A DNA stretch of 64,000 bases from contig CBDCYI010000011.1 in assembly GCA_965224085.1 (NCBI GenBank), forward strand, positions 992,001 to 1,056,000. The letters are read 5' to 3'. This document shows positions 52,907-63,024 of this stretch, piece by piece. Within the stretch, counting starts at the first letter, position 1, and every line of letters starts with the position of its first letter. A program made the position numbers and the translations under genes. Origin of the DNA: Candidatus Marinacidobacterales bacterium (lineage in GTDB: Bacteria; Acidobacteriota; Vicinamibacteria; Marinacidobacterales; SMYC01). The notes below the pieces were generated by a model, which was not told where the DNA came from, did not search any database, and saw nothing but the letters and a program-made list of their open reading frames with translations.

Positions 52907-53599
52907 ATGCTACGACGGCTCAGCGAGCAAGACCATTATCAAGTTCTCGAGGTTTCGTACGACGCGAGCTCCGAAGAGATCCAGTCGGCCTTCGAGACGG
53001 CCCGCGACATCTACTCTCACGAAGCGCTCGTTTCCAGCTCGATTCTGTCGGACCGCGAGCGCCGTCGCACGTTCCACCGGATCTCGGAGGCGTATCAGAC
53101 GCTCATTGCTGAAGAAAGCCGCCGTCTCTACGATAAGAGGCTCGGGGTTCCGGAACCGGTCGTGCGCCGGGAGCAAAGGTCGAGGTTCGCCACCGCCGAC
53201 AACGTCGAGGCGACGTCCACGAATGGCGACGTCGCTCCGTCCGAGGCCCACGCTGAGCGGGAGCACGTCTCCGCCGACGATGTCGAGACGCCCGAGAAAG
53301 CGGGGGGCTCGGAGAGTTCCGTGCGCGAGTGCCCGCTACCACTCGAGACGTCCGCAGAAGCGACTGGAGCGTTTCTTAAGGCGGCGCGACAAGCGATGGG
53401 ACTCGAGTTGGCAACCATCTCTAAAGAAACGAAAATCGGCCGCTCGATGCTCGAATATATCGAGAACGAGAGACTCGATCGCCTCCCGGCCGCGGTCTAT
53501 TTGCGCAATTTCACCAGGCAATTTGCCCGTTGTCTCGGGCTCGACGAAGATCAGGTTTCGACGACCTACTTGGAGCGCATCCACCGCCTCCAAAGCTAA
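52907..53599 (+). CDS. J-domain-like (no HPD) + RodZ-type HTH protein
   Basis: DHYQVLEV..ASSEEIQSAF...ISEAYQTL...RRLYD; GAFLKAAR...ETKI...IENE...LPAAVYLR; start overlaps ATPase stop (TGATG). Confidence 0.82.
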   Translation: MLRRLSEQDHYQVLEVSYDASSEEIQSAFETARDIYSHEALVSSSILSDRERRRTFHRISEAYQTLIAEESRRLYDKRLGVPEPVVRREQRSRFATADNVEATSTNGDVAPSEAHAEREHVSADDVETPEKAGGSESSVRECPLPLETSAEATGAFLKAARQAMGLELATISKETKIGRSMLEYIENERLDRLPAAVYLRNFTRQFARCLGLDEDQVSTTYLERIHRLQS

Positions 53600-53659
53600 C
53601 GCCCGATCCCGCGCTCACAAGCTGCTATAGTTAGGAGCTTTGGACGGGAGGTCTCTCTT

Positions 53660-54352
53660 TTGCCCACGCTCTCTGTGGTGATCCCTTGCTACAACGAGGC
53701 GCTTACGATCGAGACGATCGTCGACGCGGTTTCGAAGAGTGAGATCGAGGATCTCGAGATTCTCGTGGTGGACGACTACTCGACGGACGGAACCCGCGAC
53801 AAACTGCGTGAGATCCAGGAGAAACGTTCGATCGAAGTCGTGCACCACGAGCGCAACATGGGCAAAGGCGCCGCGCTCCGCACCGGGTTCGCACGCGCGA
53901 CGGGCGATATCGTCATCGTTCAGGATGCCGACCTCGAATACGACCCCCGCGATTACATGAAGCTCGTTGCACCCATCCTGGAAGGCAAGGCCGATGTCGT
54001 CTTCGGTTCCCGCTTCGCGGGCGGCGAAACACATCGGGTGCTCTATTTCTGGCACTATGCGGCGAACAAGCTGCTGACGCTCGTGTCCAATATGTTCACG
54101 AACTTGAACCTCACGGATATGGAAACTTGCTACAAAGCGTTTCGGCGCGAGATCATCCAATCGATGGAGATCTGTGAGAACCGCTTCGGCTTCGAGCCCG
54201 AGGTCACCGCCAAAGTGGCGCGCAAGGGTTGCCGCATCTACGAGGTCGGCATATCCTATTCGGGGCGCACCTACGCCGAAGGTAAGAAGATCGGATGGCG
54301 CGACGGCGTGCGTGCCTTGTGGTGCATCTTTCGCTACAACGTCTTTGGTTGA
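53660..54352 (+). CDS. GT2 glycosyltransferase (DPM1-like)
   Basis: [39 protein letters not shown]. Confidence 0.93.
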   Translation: MPTLSVVIPCYNEALTIETIVDAVSKSEIEDLEILVVDDYSTDGTRDKLREIQEKRSIEVVHHERNMGKGAALRTGFARATGDIVIVQDADLEYDPRDYMKLVAPILEGKADVVFGSRFAGGETHRVLYFWHYAANKLLTLVSNMFTNLNLTDMETCYKAFRREIIQSMEICENRFGFEPEVTAKVARKGCRIYEVGISYSGRTYAEGKKIGWRDGVRALWCIFRYNVFG

Positions 54353-55251
54353 AGTGTTGCGATGATGGCGCGAATCGTATCGGGCGTCGTCCGGCAACAG
54401 CCCCCAATGAGACGAGCGCCAAGCTCATGCCACTCCCGCGCGGAAGCGACGATGGACGTCGCCCCGTGCGCTTCGAGCCACACATGGCGCGTGCCATCCC
54501 ACGCTTCACCCCTATTGGGATAGGCCAAGAGCGGCTTGACGCTCACGCCACGAGCTGAACGCAAAAGTCCTGACACGAATTGGGGCGGGGTGCAGTTTAC
54601 GCCGACCGCGACCACCCTGGGTGATGCGCCCACGAGTCGAACGCACTCCGCGAAGGACTCTCCATGACAGAGCTCGGTGTCGCTCTGGCAACTGAAGCTC
54701 ACCCAAGCCGGCACGTCACCGTCCTGTTCGAGTAGAGCGAGGATGGCTTCCGCTTCCACCGCCGCCGGGATGGTCTCGAAGGCCAGCAAATCGGGGCCGG
54801 CGCTCACGAGCACCTCGAGACGACGGCGGTGAAATGCGACGAGCTGGTCCTTGGTCAACCCGTAATTGCCTCGATATTCCGAGCCGTCATGAAGGATAGC
54901 GCCGTAGCAGCCGATCGACGCGGCCACGATTCCCGAGCCGTGCTCGTCACGAGCTCGGCGGGCGAGCTCCACCGAAAGCCGCAATAACCGTACCGATTCG
55001 GTGTCATCGATCCCACGGTCACGAAACCCCTCGAAGCTTGCTTGATAGCTCGAACTCGTGGCCACGTCCGCACCCGCCCGGAAATAGTCACGGTGGACCG
55101 CCTGGATCAACTCGGGCGCGTCGATGAGAAGCTTCGCCGACCAAAGAGGGTCGTCGAGGTTCGCCCCGCGCCGCTCGAGCTCCGTCGCGAGTGCTCCATC
55201 CAGAACAACGTACCCTTTGTCGCTGAGGATCGAGCTCAGCGGATTGTGCAT
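54334..55251 (-). CDS. mmuM: Homocysteine S-methyltransferase
   Basis: [33 protein letters not shown]. Confidence 0.92.
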   Translation of the reverse strand: MHNPLSSILSDKGYVVLDGALATELERRGANLDDPLWSAKLLIDAPELIQAVHRDYFRAGADVATSSSYQASFEGFRDRGIDDTESVRLLRLSVELARRARDEHGSGIVAASIGCYGAILHDGSEYRGNYGLTKDQLVAFHRRRLEVLVSAGPDLLAFETIPAAVEAEAILALLEQDGDVPAWVSFSCQSDTELCHGESFAECVRLVGASPRVVAVGVNCTPPQFVSGLLRSARGVSVKPLLAYPNRGEAWDGTRHVWLEAHGATSIVASAREWHELGARLIGGCCRTTPDTIRAIIATLQPKTL

Positions 55252-55277
55252 GACGCCCAATCTTATCTCTCGCGGCG

Positions 55278-55414
55278 TCAGTTATCAGCTGTCAGTTGTC
55301 AGTGTACGCATTTCGCTGATGAAGGTCTCGAGCTTAGGGACCGAAGCCCGAATCATAGGGACACCCTCATCGGAACCAGATACTGAGGGCTGACAACTGA
55401 CAACTGATCACTGA
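55278..55414. repeat. Inverted arms built of heptamer repeats (TCAGTTG / CTGACAA) around an 87-bp spacer
   Basis: 55278-55302 pairs with 55390-55414 at 23/25 positions. Confidence 0.8.
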
Positions 55415-55423
55415 TAATGCGCC

Positions 55424-56917
55424 ATGTATTGTCTCGGCTATGACCTTGGGAGCTCTTCAGTCAAGGTTTGTCTTCTCGACGCTGCCTCCGGCCGCGGCGT
55501 TGCGCATGCCTTCTACCCCGACCACGAGATGACGATCGACGCCCCGAAGCTCGGTTGGGCCGAGCAGGCGCCGGAAACGTGGTGGGAATGCGCGAAGCAC
55601 GCCACCGAACGGCTTCGGGAGGGCACGGATAGCGCCATCGCTATCGCTATGGGCGAAATCGGAGCCATCGGCATCTCCTATCAGATGCATGGGCTCGTGC
55701 TCGTCGACCGAAACGGTCGCGTCGTCCGGCCCGCTATCATCTGGTGCGATAGCCGGGCGGTGGACGAGGGTGCCCGTGCATTCGAAGCCCTCGGGGCCCG
55801 CCGCTGCCTCGACGCTCTTGTGAACGCGCCAGGAAACTTCACGGCGTCGAAGCTCGCCTGGGTGCGCGATAACGAGCCGGCCCATTTCGAGCGCGCCCAT
55901 ACGATGATGCTTCCCGGCGACTATTTCGCGTGGCGGCTCACGGGCCGCGCCGCTACGACGCTCTCCGGTCTTTCAGAGGGCATCCTCTGGGACTTCTCGA
56001 AGCACGAAAAGGCAGCGTTTCTTCTCGAGCACTTCGCTATTCCCACTTCCCTCGTTCCCGATGTGGTCCCGACCTTCGGCGAGCAAGGCCGACTCACGGA
56101 AGCTGCCGCGGAGGAGCTCGGGCTAAAGGCAGGAACGCCGGTGACGTACCGAGCCGGAGATCAGCCGAACAACGCACTCTCCCTAGGCGTGCTCGAGCCC
56201 GGTGAAATCGCCGCGACCGCCGGAACTTCGGGCGTCGTCTATGGTATCAGCGATACGGTACGCGCCGATCGTCGATCGCGCGTGAATAGCTTTGCTCACG
56301 TGAATCATTCAACAGAAGCCACACGGCTCGGAATCCTGCTCTGCATCAACGGGACGGGGAGCGCTTATCGTTGGCTTCGCGAAAGGCTCGAAACAGACTA
56401 TGACATGATGAACGAACAAGCGTCCGAAGTCCCGATTGGTTGCGATGGTCTCTGTTTTTTTCCCTTCGGCAATGGTGTCGAGCGCATGCTCGAGAATCGA
56501 GCCTTGGGTGCGTCCATGACCCACCTCGATTTCAACACTCACGGTGACGCGCACCTCGCCCGTGGCGTCCAGGAAGGTATCGCCTTCGCGTTTCAGTACG
56601 GAATGGATGTCCTTAGGGAGCTCGGCATGCGTCCTGCGGTCATCCGTGCGGGGCTTCAAAACATGTTCTTGAGCCCTGTATTCCGGGAGATTCTGACCTC
56701 GACGACCGGCGTGAGCCTCGAGCTCTATCGCACCGACGGTGCCGAAGGCGCAGCGCGGGGCGCTGCGTTCGGGGTCGGGCACTACGCGTCTTTGTCGGAA
56801 GCGTTGACCGGGCTTCGGCGAGATGCGGTTTTTGAGCCGAACCTCGAGCGAGCTTCGCGATATCGCGCAGCCTATCGTGCGTGGGCGGACGAGCTCACAG
56901 AGGGGATGTCGTCGTGA
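55424..56917 (+). CDS. xylB: Xylulokinase-like FGGY carbohydrate kinase
   Basis: GYDLGSSSVK, QMHGLV, IIWCDSR, AGDQPNNA, GTSGV. Confidence 0.85.
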   Translation: MYCLGYDLGSSSVKVCLLDAASGRGVAHAFYPDHEMTIDAPKLGWAEQAPETWWECAKHATERLREGTDSAIAIAMGEIGAIGISYQMHGLVLVDRNGRVVRPAIIWCDSRAVDEGARAFEALGARRCLDALVNAPGNFTASKLAWVRDNEPAHFERAHTMMLPGDYFAWRLTGRAATTLSGLSEGILWDFSKHEKAAFLLEHFAIPTSLVPDVVPTFGEQGRLTEAAAEELGLKAGTPVTYRAGDQPNNALSLGVLEPGEIAATAGTSGVVYGISDTVRADRRSRVNSFAHVNHSTEATRLGILLCINGTGSAYRWLRERLETDYDMMNEQASEVPIGCDGLCFFPFGNGVERMLENRALGASMTHLDFNTHGDAHLARGVQEGIAFAFQYGMDVLRELGMRPAVIRAGLQNMFLSPVFREILTSTTGVSLELYRTDGAEGAARGAAFGVGHYASLSEALTGLRRDAVFEPNLERASRYRAAYRAWADELTEGMSS

Positions 56918-56969
56918 GCCGACGGGTGGCAGCCGTGATGCTCTATTTCCGCGGCTAGCTCTTCACAGA

Positions 56970-57188
56970 GTGAATCGATTTCGGAGGATCGTCAGCGCGC
57001 TCACTGTTTGCGGAGCGAGCCTCGCGCATCCAGAGGAGCTTGCTGTCGATAGGTATCGAGAAATTATCGTGACTTACCGCGAGGGGAGGTTCACGGTTGC
57101 GGCAGATCGGCTGCTCACTTTCGAGCTCGCAAGCGTGAGCCTGCGAAACGACGAGCTCCCAGCGGTTGGATGCGCACCTGGCGGGTGA
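56970..57188 (+). pseudogene. Short remnant of a secreted protein N-terminus
   Basis: Signal-like start plus helical YREGRF segment, ends abruptly. Confidence 0.35.
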
Positions 57189-57281
57189 TCCTCTATCACT
57201 GACGCCTACTTCGTTGCCACCAAGCATCATGTCCTTGGCCTTAGCCAAACTCGGGCAGAACCTCGTCGTTGCCGAGGCTAC

Positions 57282-58940
57282 TCAGCGCGTGCCGTCTAAG
57301 AGCCCGTATCCCATGTCGCGGCCTGGAAGAATGACTTTGTTCTCGTGAACGTAATCCTCCCAATCGCGCAAAAGCTCCTGTAGCTTCTCCGGCGCTTCTT
57401 CCGATAGATCCCGCGACTCCGAAGGATCGCTCGAAAGATCGAAGAGCTCCCACCGCTCCACGCCGTAGGGCTCCCACAGCCAAACGAGCTTCCAGTGGCC
57501 CTTCAAAACCCCGCGCCGCCCAAAGAGCTCCCAACCCATCACGGCGTCGACACCGTGGACGGTATCGGTTTCGCCCGAGAGAAACGACACCATCGACTTG
57601 CCTTGCATGGGTGCTACCTCGCGCCCATCATAAACACTCGGGTGTTCCACGCCCGCGAGCTCCAGAAGCGTCGGCGCGACATCCTTGACCGATGCAAACG
57701 TATCCATACGATGACCGCGGTGCGCGAGCCCGCTGAGGCGCACGATCGCAGGCGTGCGCGTGCCGCCTTCCGTCGGATGCGTCTTGAACAAGCGAAAAGG
57801 CGCGCCCTGTGCTTGCGCCCATGCAGGACCCGTCCAGACATAAGAGCCGATACGCCCCATGTTCTCGTAGCGATTGTCGAAGCGCGTCGGTATCCAATCT
57901 TCGTTCTCGTACATGGTGCCGATGTTGTTTCCCTCGGCGCCGTTATCAGAAGAGAATAGGATCACTGTGTTCTCGTATTGGCCCGTGCGCTTCAAGTAGT
58001 CGAGGAGCCGTCCAATATTGTCGTCCAAGCTCTCGACCATCGCCGCGTAGATCTCCATGCGTCGAGCTTCGAACTGTTTTTGCGCGTCGTCAAGAGAGTC
58101 CCAAGCCGGGACCCAGTCGACCCGATCAGGAACAGGAACGTCGGGAACCACTTGGCCATCGATGAGATTCTGGACGCGCTTGGCCCGAAGCGCGTCATAG
58201 CCGTCATCGTAGACACCGCGATAGCGATCGATGTAGTCGTCGGGCGCTTGAAGCGGCCAATGCGGCGCCGTATAGGCCGCGTAGGCAAAAAACGGGTGAC
58301 CGTCCTCTGAGCCGTCCTCGAGATAGTCGATGAGCTTGTCGGTGTAGTAGTCCGACGAGTAGAAGTCTTCGGGGATCGAGACGTCCGCGCCATTCTCACG
58401 GTAGACGGCGGGGTAGCCCTCCATGAGCGGCGACGCGTCGCCGAAGTGGCTGGCACCCCCAGCGATGGTCGCGAAGGCTTTCTCGAACCCGCGACGCTCC
58501 GGCGACAATTCCGGTGTCACGCCGAGGTGCCATTTACCAGCCATGTAAGTGTGATAGCCGGCATCGCGCAAGAGATTCGATACCGTCACCACCCGATTAC
58601 TCAAATAGCCTTCATAACCCGGATGGCCGTCCTGGTTCTCGTCCGCTTCGCCCGCCATCGTCCCTAGCCCTGCGTGATGCGCATCCGTCCCCGAGAGCAA
58701 CATCGCCCGCGTAGGAGAGCAGCTGGGCGAGACGTGGTAGTTCGTGAGGATCACGCCCTCGGCAGCGAGGGCGTCGATGTTTGGCGTGCGGATTTCGCTT
58801 CCCAGGAGGCTGAGATCCGAATAACCGAGATCGTCCGCGAGGATGACGAGAAAGTTGGGACGGTCTTCCACTACCGCGCCTTCCGGGGCGCAAGAGAGCG
58901 CACTCGTGAACGCAATTATCCAAGCCCCTCGCGATTTCAT
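57282..58940 (-). CDS. Arylsulfatase (Cys-type formylglycine sulfatase), probable lipoprotein
   Basis: RPNFLVILADDLG, CSPTRAMLLSG, GKWHLG, APHWP, SDNG. Confidence 0.93.
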   Translation of the reverse strand: MKSRGAWIIAFTSALSCAPEGAVVEDRPNFLVILADDLGYSDLSLLGSEIRTPNIDALAAEGVILTNYHVSPSCSPTRAMLLSGTDAHHAGLGTMAGEADENQDGHPGYEGYLSNRVVTVSNLLRDAGYHTYMAGKWHLGVTPELSPERRGFEKAFATIAGGASHFGDASPLMEGYPAVYRENGADVSIPEDFYSSDYYTDKLIDYLEDGSEDGHPFFAYAAYTAPHWPLQAPDDYIDRYRGVYDDGYDALRAKRVQNLIDGQVVPDVPVPDRVDWVPAWDSLDDAQKQFEARRMEIYAAMVESLDDNIGRLLDYLKRTGQYENTVILFSSDNGAEGNNIGTMYENEDWIPTRFDNRYENMGRIGSYVWTGPAWAQAQGAPFRLFKTHPTEGGTRTPAIVRLSGLAHRGHRMDTFASVKDVAPTLLELAGVEHPSVYDGREVAPMQGKSMVSFLSGETDTVHGVDAVMGWELFGRRGVLKGHWKLVWLWEPYGVERWELFDLSSDPSESRDLSEEAPEKLQELLRDWEDYVHENKVILPGRDMGYGLLDGTR

Positions 58941-58950
58941 CGGCCCACCT

Positions 58951-60651
58951 CTAGCGTTTGAGCGCGAACACCCAGACAACGCCGCCTTGAGGGACTTCCC
59001 TACGCTCACCTCGCAGAACGTTGAGGCTCGAGTGCATCTTCTGGGCATCGACGCCCCACCCGGACTGCACAGCAATGTACTGCACGCCGTCCACAGCGAA
59101 GGAGGTCGGGACACCAGTGATGCCGGAATTCGTGCGCAGCTCCCAAACAACGTCTCCGGTCCGCCCGTAGAAGGCCCGAAAGTAGCGATCGTTCGTGCCG
59201 CCCATGAAGACGAGCCCGCCTCCGGTCGTCAAGACGGGGCCCCAGTTCGGTGACGCAAAGCTCTTCGTCCAAACAAGCTCGCCACGAGCCACATCCCACG
59301 CTTGAAGCTCGCCAACCGTTTCCGCGTTGTCGTGAATTTGCATGCCTCGATTACGCCGCACGCGCTGGCCCACATAATATCTTCCCGGCTCGTACGTCAC
59401 CTCCCGACCTTCCATGAACATACAGAGGTTGTTGTTCGCCGGGATGTAAACGAGGCCGGTCGCTGGACTATAGGCGGCGGGAGGCCAATTCTTGCCGCCC
59501 CAAAGAGAGGGGCAGAACCGAGCCTCTTTGCCCGTGCCCGGCTTTCGATCCGGATGATATTCCGGACGACCCGTCCCGGGGTCGATGCTCGTGAACACGT
59601 CTTGATGCACGAAAGGCCAAGCGTCGACGAAACCGATCCTGTCGCGCTCGCGCGAGAGAAACCATAGATAGCCGTTGCGGCCCGGATGGACGAGACTCTT
59701 GATTGTGTCTCCGTCGCGCGGAATATCGATGAGCATGGGCGCGTCGACTTCGTCCCAGTCCCAGGAATCGTTCCAGTGATATTGGTGATGAGCTCGGAGC
59801 TCCCCGGAATCGGGATCGATCGTCACGACAGAACTCGAGTAGAGATTGTCGCCCGGCCGCGTATCGCCCATCCACGGCGCCGCGTTTCCTGTGCCCCAAT
59901 AGGTCAAGTTGAGCCCGGGGTCGTAGGTCCCCGTGACCCACACAGGAGCGCCGCCCGTCTTCCACGTATCGCCGGGCCACGTGTCGTGTCCGGGCTCGCC
60001 CGGTCCCGGGATCGTGTACGTCTTCCAAACCGGCTCGCCCGTATCCGCGTCGTAGGCAGCAACGAAGCCGCGCACGCCCAGCTCGCCTCCCGAGATCCCC
60101 ACCATTACTTTGCCGTGTACGACGAGCGGCGCGAGTGTCAGGTAATAGCCGTGTTTGTAGTTCTCGACCGCCGTCTCCCAAACGAGCTCACCGGACGCCG
60201 CATCGAGCGCAACGAGGAAAGCGTCCACGCCGCCGAAATAAACGCGGTCGCCATAGAGCGCGACACCACGGTTCGTCGGGTGGATGTTGAGCACGTCGTC
60301 GGGGAGCTCACGCCGATAGCGCCAGAGAAGATCCCCGCTCGCGGCGTCGAGCGCCAAAACTTGATTGCCCGGCGTCGTGATGTACATGACGCCGTCATTC
60401 ACGATCGGTGGCGATTGATGGCCTTCGTCGACGCCGGTCGAGAGCGTCCAAGCCGGAACGAGATCACCGACGTTCTTGGTGTCGATTTGCTTCAGCGGGC
60501 TGTAACCCCAGCCGCTGTAATTACCTCGGTACATGAGCCAGTTTTCCGGCTCCGGGTTTCGGAGACGCGCGTCGGTAACGGGTCGAGGCTGCGCTGCCTT
60601 GACCCCACCATTCACGAAGAGCAGCAGCGTGGCAAGAAACAGAGGCTTCAC
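58951..60651 (-). CDS. PQQ-dependent dehydrogenase (methanol/ethanol family)
   Basis: Signal peptide from GTG 60651; YSPLKQI, NRGVA, WGTGN, RPGDNLYS, WDWD, CPSLWGGKNW. Confidence 0.9.
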   Translation of the reverse strand: MKPLFLATLLLFVNGGVKAAQPRPVTDARLRNPEPENWLMYRGNYSGWGYSPLKQIDTKNVGDLVPAWTLSTGVDEGHQSPPIVNDGVMYITTPGNQVLALDAASGDLLWRYRRELPDDVLNIHPTNRGVALYGDRVYFGGVDAFLVALDAASGELVWETAVENYKHGYYLTLAPLVVHGKVMVGISGGELGVRGFVAAYDADTGEPVWKTYTIPGPGEPGHDTWPGDTWKTGGAPVWVTGTYDPGLNLTYWGTGNAAPWMGDTRPGDNLYSSSVVTIDPDSGELRAHHQYHWNDSWDWDEVDAPMLIDIPRDGDTIKSLVHPGRNGYLWFLSRERDRIGFVDAWPFVHQDVFTSIDPGTGRPEYHPDRKPGTGKEARFCPSLWGGKNWPPAAYSPATGLVYIPANNNLCMFMEGREVTYEPGRYYVGQRVRRNRGMQIHDNAETVGELQAWDVARGELVWTKSFASPNWGPVLTTGGGLVFMGGTNDRYFRAFYGRTGDVVWELRTNSGITGVPTSFAVDGVQYIAVQSGWGVDAQKMHSSLNVLRGERREVPQGGVVWVFALKR

Positions 60652-60839
60652 TCGGCGTCGCTCACGAAGCCCTTGGCTTCCTGATAGCTCAGATTCTCCA
60701 AGTAGTCGCCTAGGATCTCGAGGATTTTCTCGTAGCTCTCGCGCGCGGCCTCTGCGTCGCCTGATCGTAGATCTTGGGCGACGATCGTCGACGATGGCAT
60801 GAGTGCGGCGACGAGGAGAAGAACAGACTTTCTCAGCAT
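60648..60839 (-). CDS. Small secreted protein or gene remnant
   Basis: Signal peptide, RBS GGAGGG, stop overlaps the PQQ-dehydrogenase start. Confidence 0.45.
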   Translation of the reverse strand: MLRKSVLLLVAALMPSSTIVAQDLRSGDAEAARESYEKILEILGDYLENLSYQEAKGFVSDAE

Positions 60840-60954
60840 GCGATGGGCCCTCCGTGCCTTCCGGTACACCCATTTTTAGGCCTAAACGCTCGGACCTGCA
60901 ACCCGTTGCAGTCCTCGAGGCGGTGCAGTAAAGTCGGTGTCGGGAGGCTTCGTC

Positions 60955-62121
60955 ATGTCCAGACGTGTCTGCGTCGCGATTATCCTCGCCGCCGTTTTCC
61001 TCGCGGGTTTTACGCTCCAGTCCCGCCGCCAGCGTGAGGAGGCGGCTTTGGCCGAGCCTTTCAAAGGCGTCACGCGGGACGGCACGGTGACCCCGGGTCT
61101 GTACTCGATCCAATCGACCGGCGTGTCGACGGAGCCGGTACGCGAGGCTGCGGAACAATTTCTCACGTCGCTCGACGGAGAGGTCTTGAAAAAGGCGCGC
61201 TATGCCACGGACGACATCGAGTGGCGTAAATGGCATAACGTGTACCGCGCTTCACGCGAGGGTGTGAGCTTCGGCGAAATGAGCGACGCGCAACGCGAGC
61301 GAGCGTTCGGGCTACTCGGCGCGAGCCTCAGCGCCAAGGGCGTGAAGAAAACGAAGAATGTCATGCGGCTCAACGAGTACATCGCTGAGCTCGTGAACAA
61401 GCATGACGAATATGGTGAAGAATTCTATTGGCTTACTATGATGGGCGAGCCGTCCGCGACGGAGCCCTGGGGTTGGCAGCTCGACGGCCATCATCTCGTC
61501 ATCAATTATTTCGTTCTCGGCGATCAGGTCGTGATGACCCCGGCCTTCATGGGCTCGGAGCCGGTCATCGGCAAGGGCCGCTTCGAGGGCATCGAAGTGA
61601 TGCAGGACGAACAGAACAAAGGCCTTGCTTTCATGGAATCGCTCGATGCGAGCCAGCAGAAACAAACCATGCTCGAGGGCGAAAAGACGCGGGGAAATGC
61701 GCTCGCACAGGCCTACAACGACAATCTCGTGCTCGATTATGCGGGGCTACGCGTAGACACTTTGAGCGCGCCGCAGAAAAAACTTTTTCGCGAGGTCATC
61801 GCTGAATATGTCTTCAACATGGACGAAGGCCATGCCGCCCTCCGCATGAAAGAAATCGAGGCGCATCTCGACGAAACCTACTTCGCGTGGCTCGGGACTA
61901 CGGGACCGGAAAGCGTTTTCTATTACCGCATTCAAAGTCCCGTCATCCTCATCGAGTTCGACCATCAGGGGCCGATTGCTCTCGATGCTCCGCGCGTCCC
62001 GTCGCGCCGCCACGTGCACTCCGTCGTCCGCACACCCAACGGCAACGACTACGGAAAGGACCTATTGCGTCAGCACTACGAGCAACATCGCACCGATGCC
62101 GCTCACGGGCACGTTCACTGA
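60955..62121 (+). CDS. DUF3500-type secreted protein
   Basis: PWGWQLDGHHL, TPAFMGSEP, YYRIQSP.ILIEFDHQ, HVHSVVRTPNGNDYG. Confidence 0.85.
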   Translation: MSRRVCVAIILAAVFLAGFTLQSRRQREEAALAEPFKGVTRDGTVTPGLYSIQSTGVSTEPVREAAEQFLTSLDGEVLKKARYATDDIEWRKWHNVYRASREGVSFGEMSDAQRERAFGLLGASLSAKGVKKTKNVMRLNEYIAELVNKHDEYGEEFYWLTMMGEPSATEPWGWQLDGHHLVINYFVLGDQVVMTPAFMGSEPVIGKGRFEGIEVMQDEQNKGLAFMESLDASQQKQTMLEGEKTRGNALAQAYNDNLVLDYAGLRVDTLSAPQKKLFREVIAEYVFNMDEGHAALRMKEIEAHLDETYFAWLGTTGPESVFYYRIQSPVILIEFDHQGPIALDAPRVPSRRHVHSVVRTPNGNDYGKDLLRQHYEQHRTDAAHGHVH

Positions 62122-62927
62122 GCCCAGAAGAACCGGATCGTCTGCTCGCGCGTCTCGGACGGGGCCTCTGAACTCTTTGCCGTCTCGAGCGTCGTGAGTG
62201 AATAGGGGATGAGGCCGTCGGCGAGCGCGATCAACGTAATCGTCTTCTCTAGGTACAGCTCTTCGTAGAGCTCATTGACACTGACGCGGCCTGGATCCGG
62301 ATACGCGTGGACTACGAGCTCGACGCACTCGACCTTCGACGGCGCGGGCGTACAAGGGACCCAAGCGGAAGCGCCGAACTCGAGGAGCATCGGGAGCACG
62401 CGACCGTTAACGCGCGGGAAGGGGAGCTCGGACTCGACCTGGTACACCGCGCCGAGCTCGAGCTCCGTGCCGCGCCAGAACCCTGCCAGCCGGTTCCACT
62501 GCTCGGCCAGGCCGTGATCATCGGCCGGCTCGAGCGCGCGCAAGAACGCGCCACTGAGGGTAACGACAAAGCCTGTCGCCGAGACGCTCCTTTCCACCAA
62601 GAGGCCGTCCTCGTGCTCTCGAACGACAAGCTGGTGGGTTCGGGTCTCCTGTGACGTCGTGACGTCGACGCGTGCTGTCATGCCCGGCCGCCAGCCGAAC
62701 CTGAGCGGGACGATTTCCACCGTGCCGAGCGCTTGGGTGGCTTCGAGGTCGACGAGGCTCAAAGGCAGCGACTGAAGCCTGCCATCGAGCGCCGTAATGA
62801 CGACGAGCGCGTCGCGGATCTCGAAGCTCTCCACTTCGAGGCGGCTCCCGTCCTGGAGAACCATTACCGTTTGAGCGGCGCCGAGCGCGGCGCATAGGAT
62901 GGACGGAAGAAACAGCGCTTGACGCAT
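62115..62927 (-). CDS. Hypothetical secreted protein
   Basis: 270-aa ORF with signal peptide. Confidence 0.65.
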   Translation of the reverse strand: MRQALFLPSILCAALGAAQTVMVLQDGSRLEVESFEIRDALVVITALDGRLQSLPLSLVDLEATQALGTVEIVPLRFGWRPGMTARVDVTTSQETRTHQLVVREHEDGLLVERSVSATGFVVTLSGAFLRALEPADDHGLAEQWNRLAGFWRGTELELGAVYQVESELPFPRVNGRVLPMLLEFGASAWVPCTPAPSKVECVELVVHAYPDPGRVSVNELYEELYLEKTITLIALADGLIPYSLTTLETAKSSEAPSETREQTIRFFWAQ

Positions 62928-63024
62928 GAGCTCGATACGACATTCTACCGTGGGATCGTGGGAGGAAGACGGCTACGGCGTCCTACGTTTTGTCGCGGCT
63001 TACGAAACTATGTGGACGTAAGAA

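Larger units (their letters stand above)
47799..52907 (+). pseudogene. MinD/FlhG/ParA-family ATPase split into three pieces by two IS1634 insertions
   Basis: 47799-47968 + 49976-50606 + 52614-52907 splice to a 364-aa ORF with GGKGGVGKS, DADLGGANL, LLDIGAG, PEPSSIENAY, LLINQV. Confidence 0.9.

Noticed and set aside
60652-61236. 195-aa N-terminal extension of the PQQ dehydrogenase in the ORF track
   Set aside because: Overlaps DUF3500 and the small ORF; the signal peptide begins at GTG 60651.
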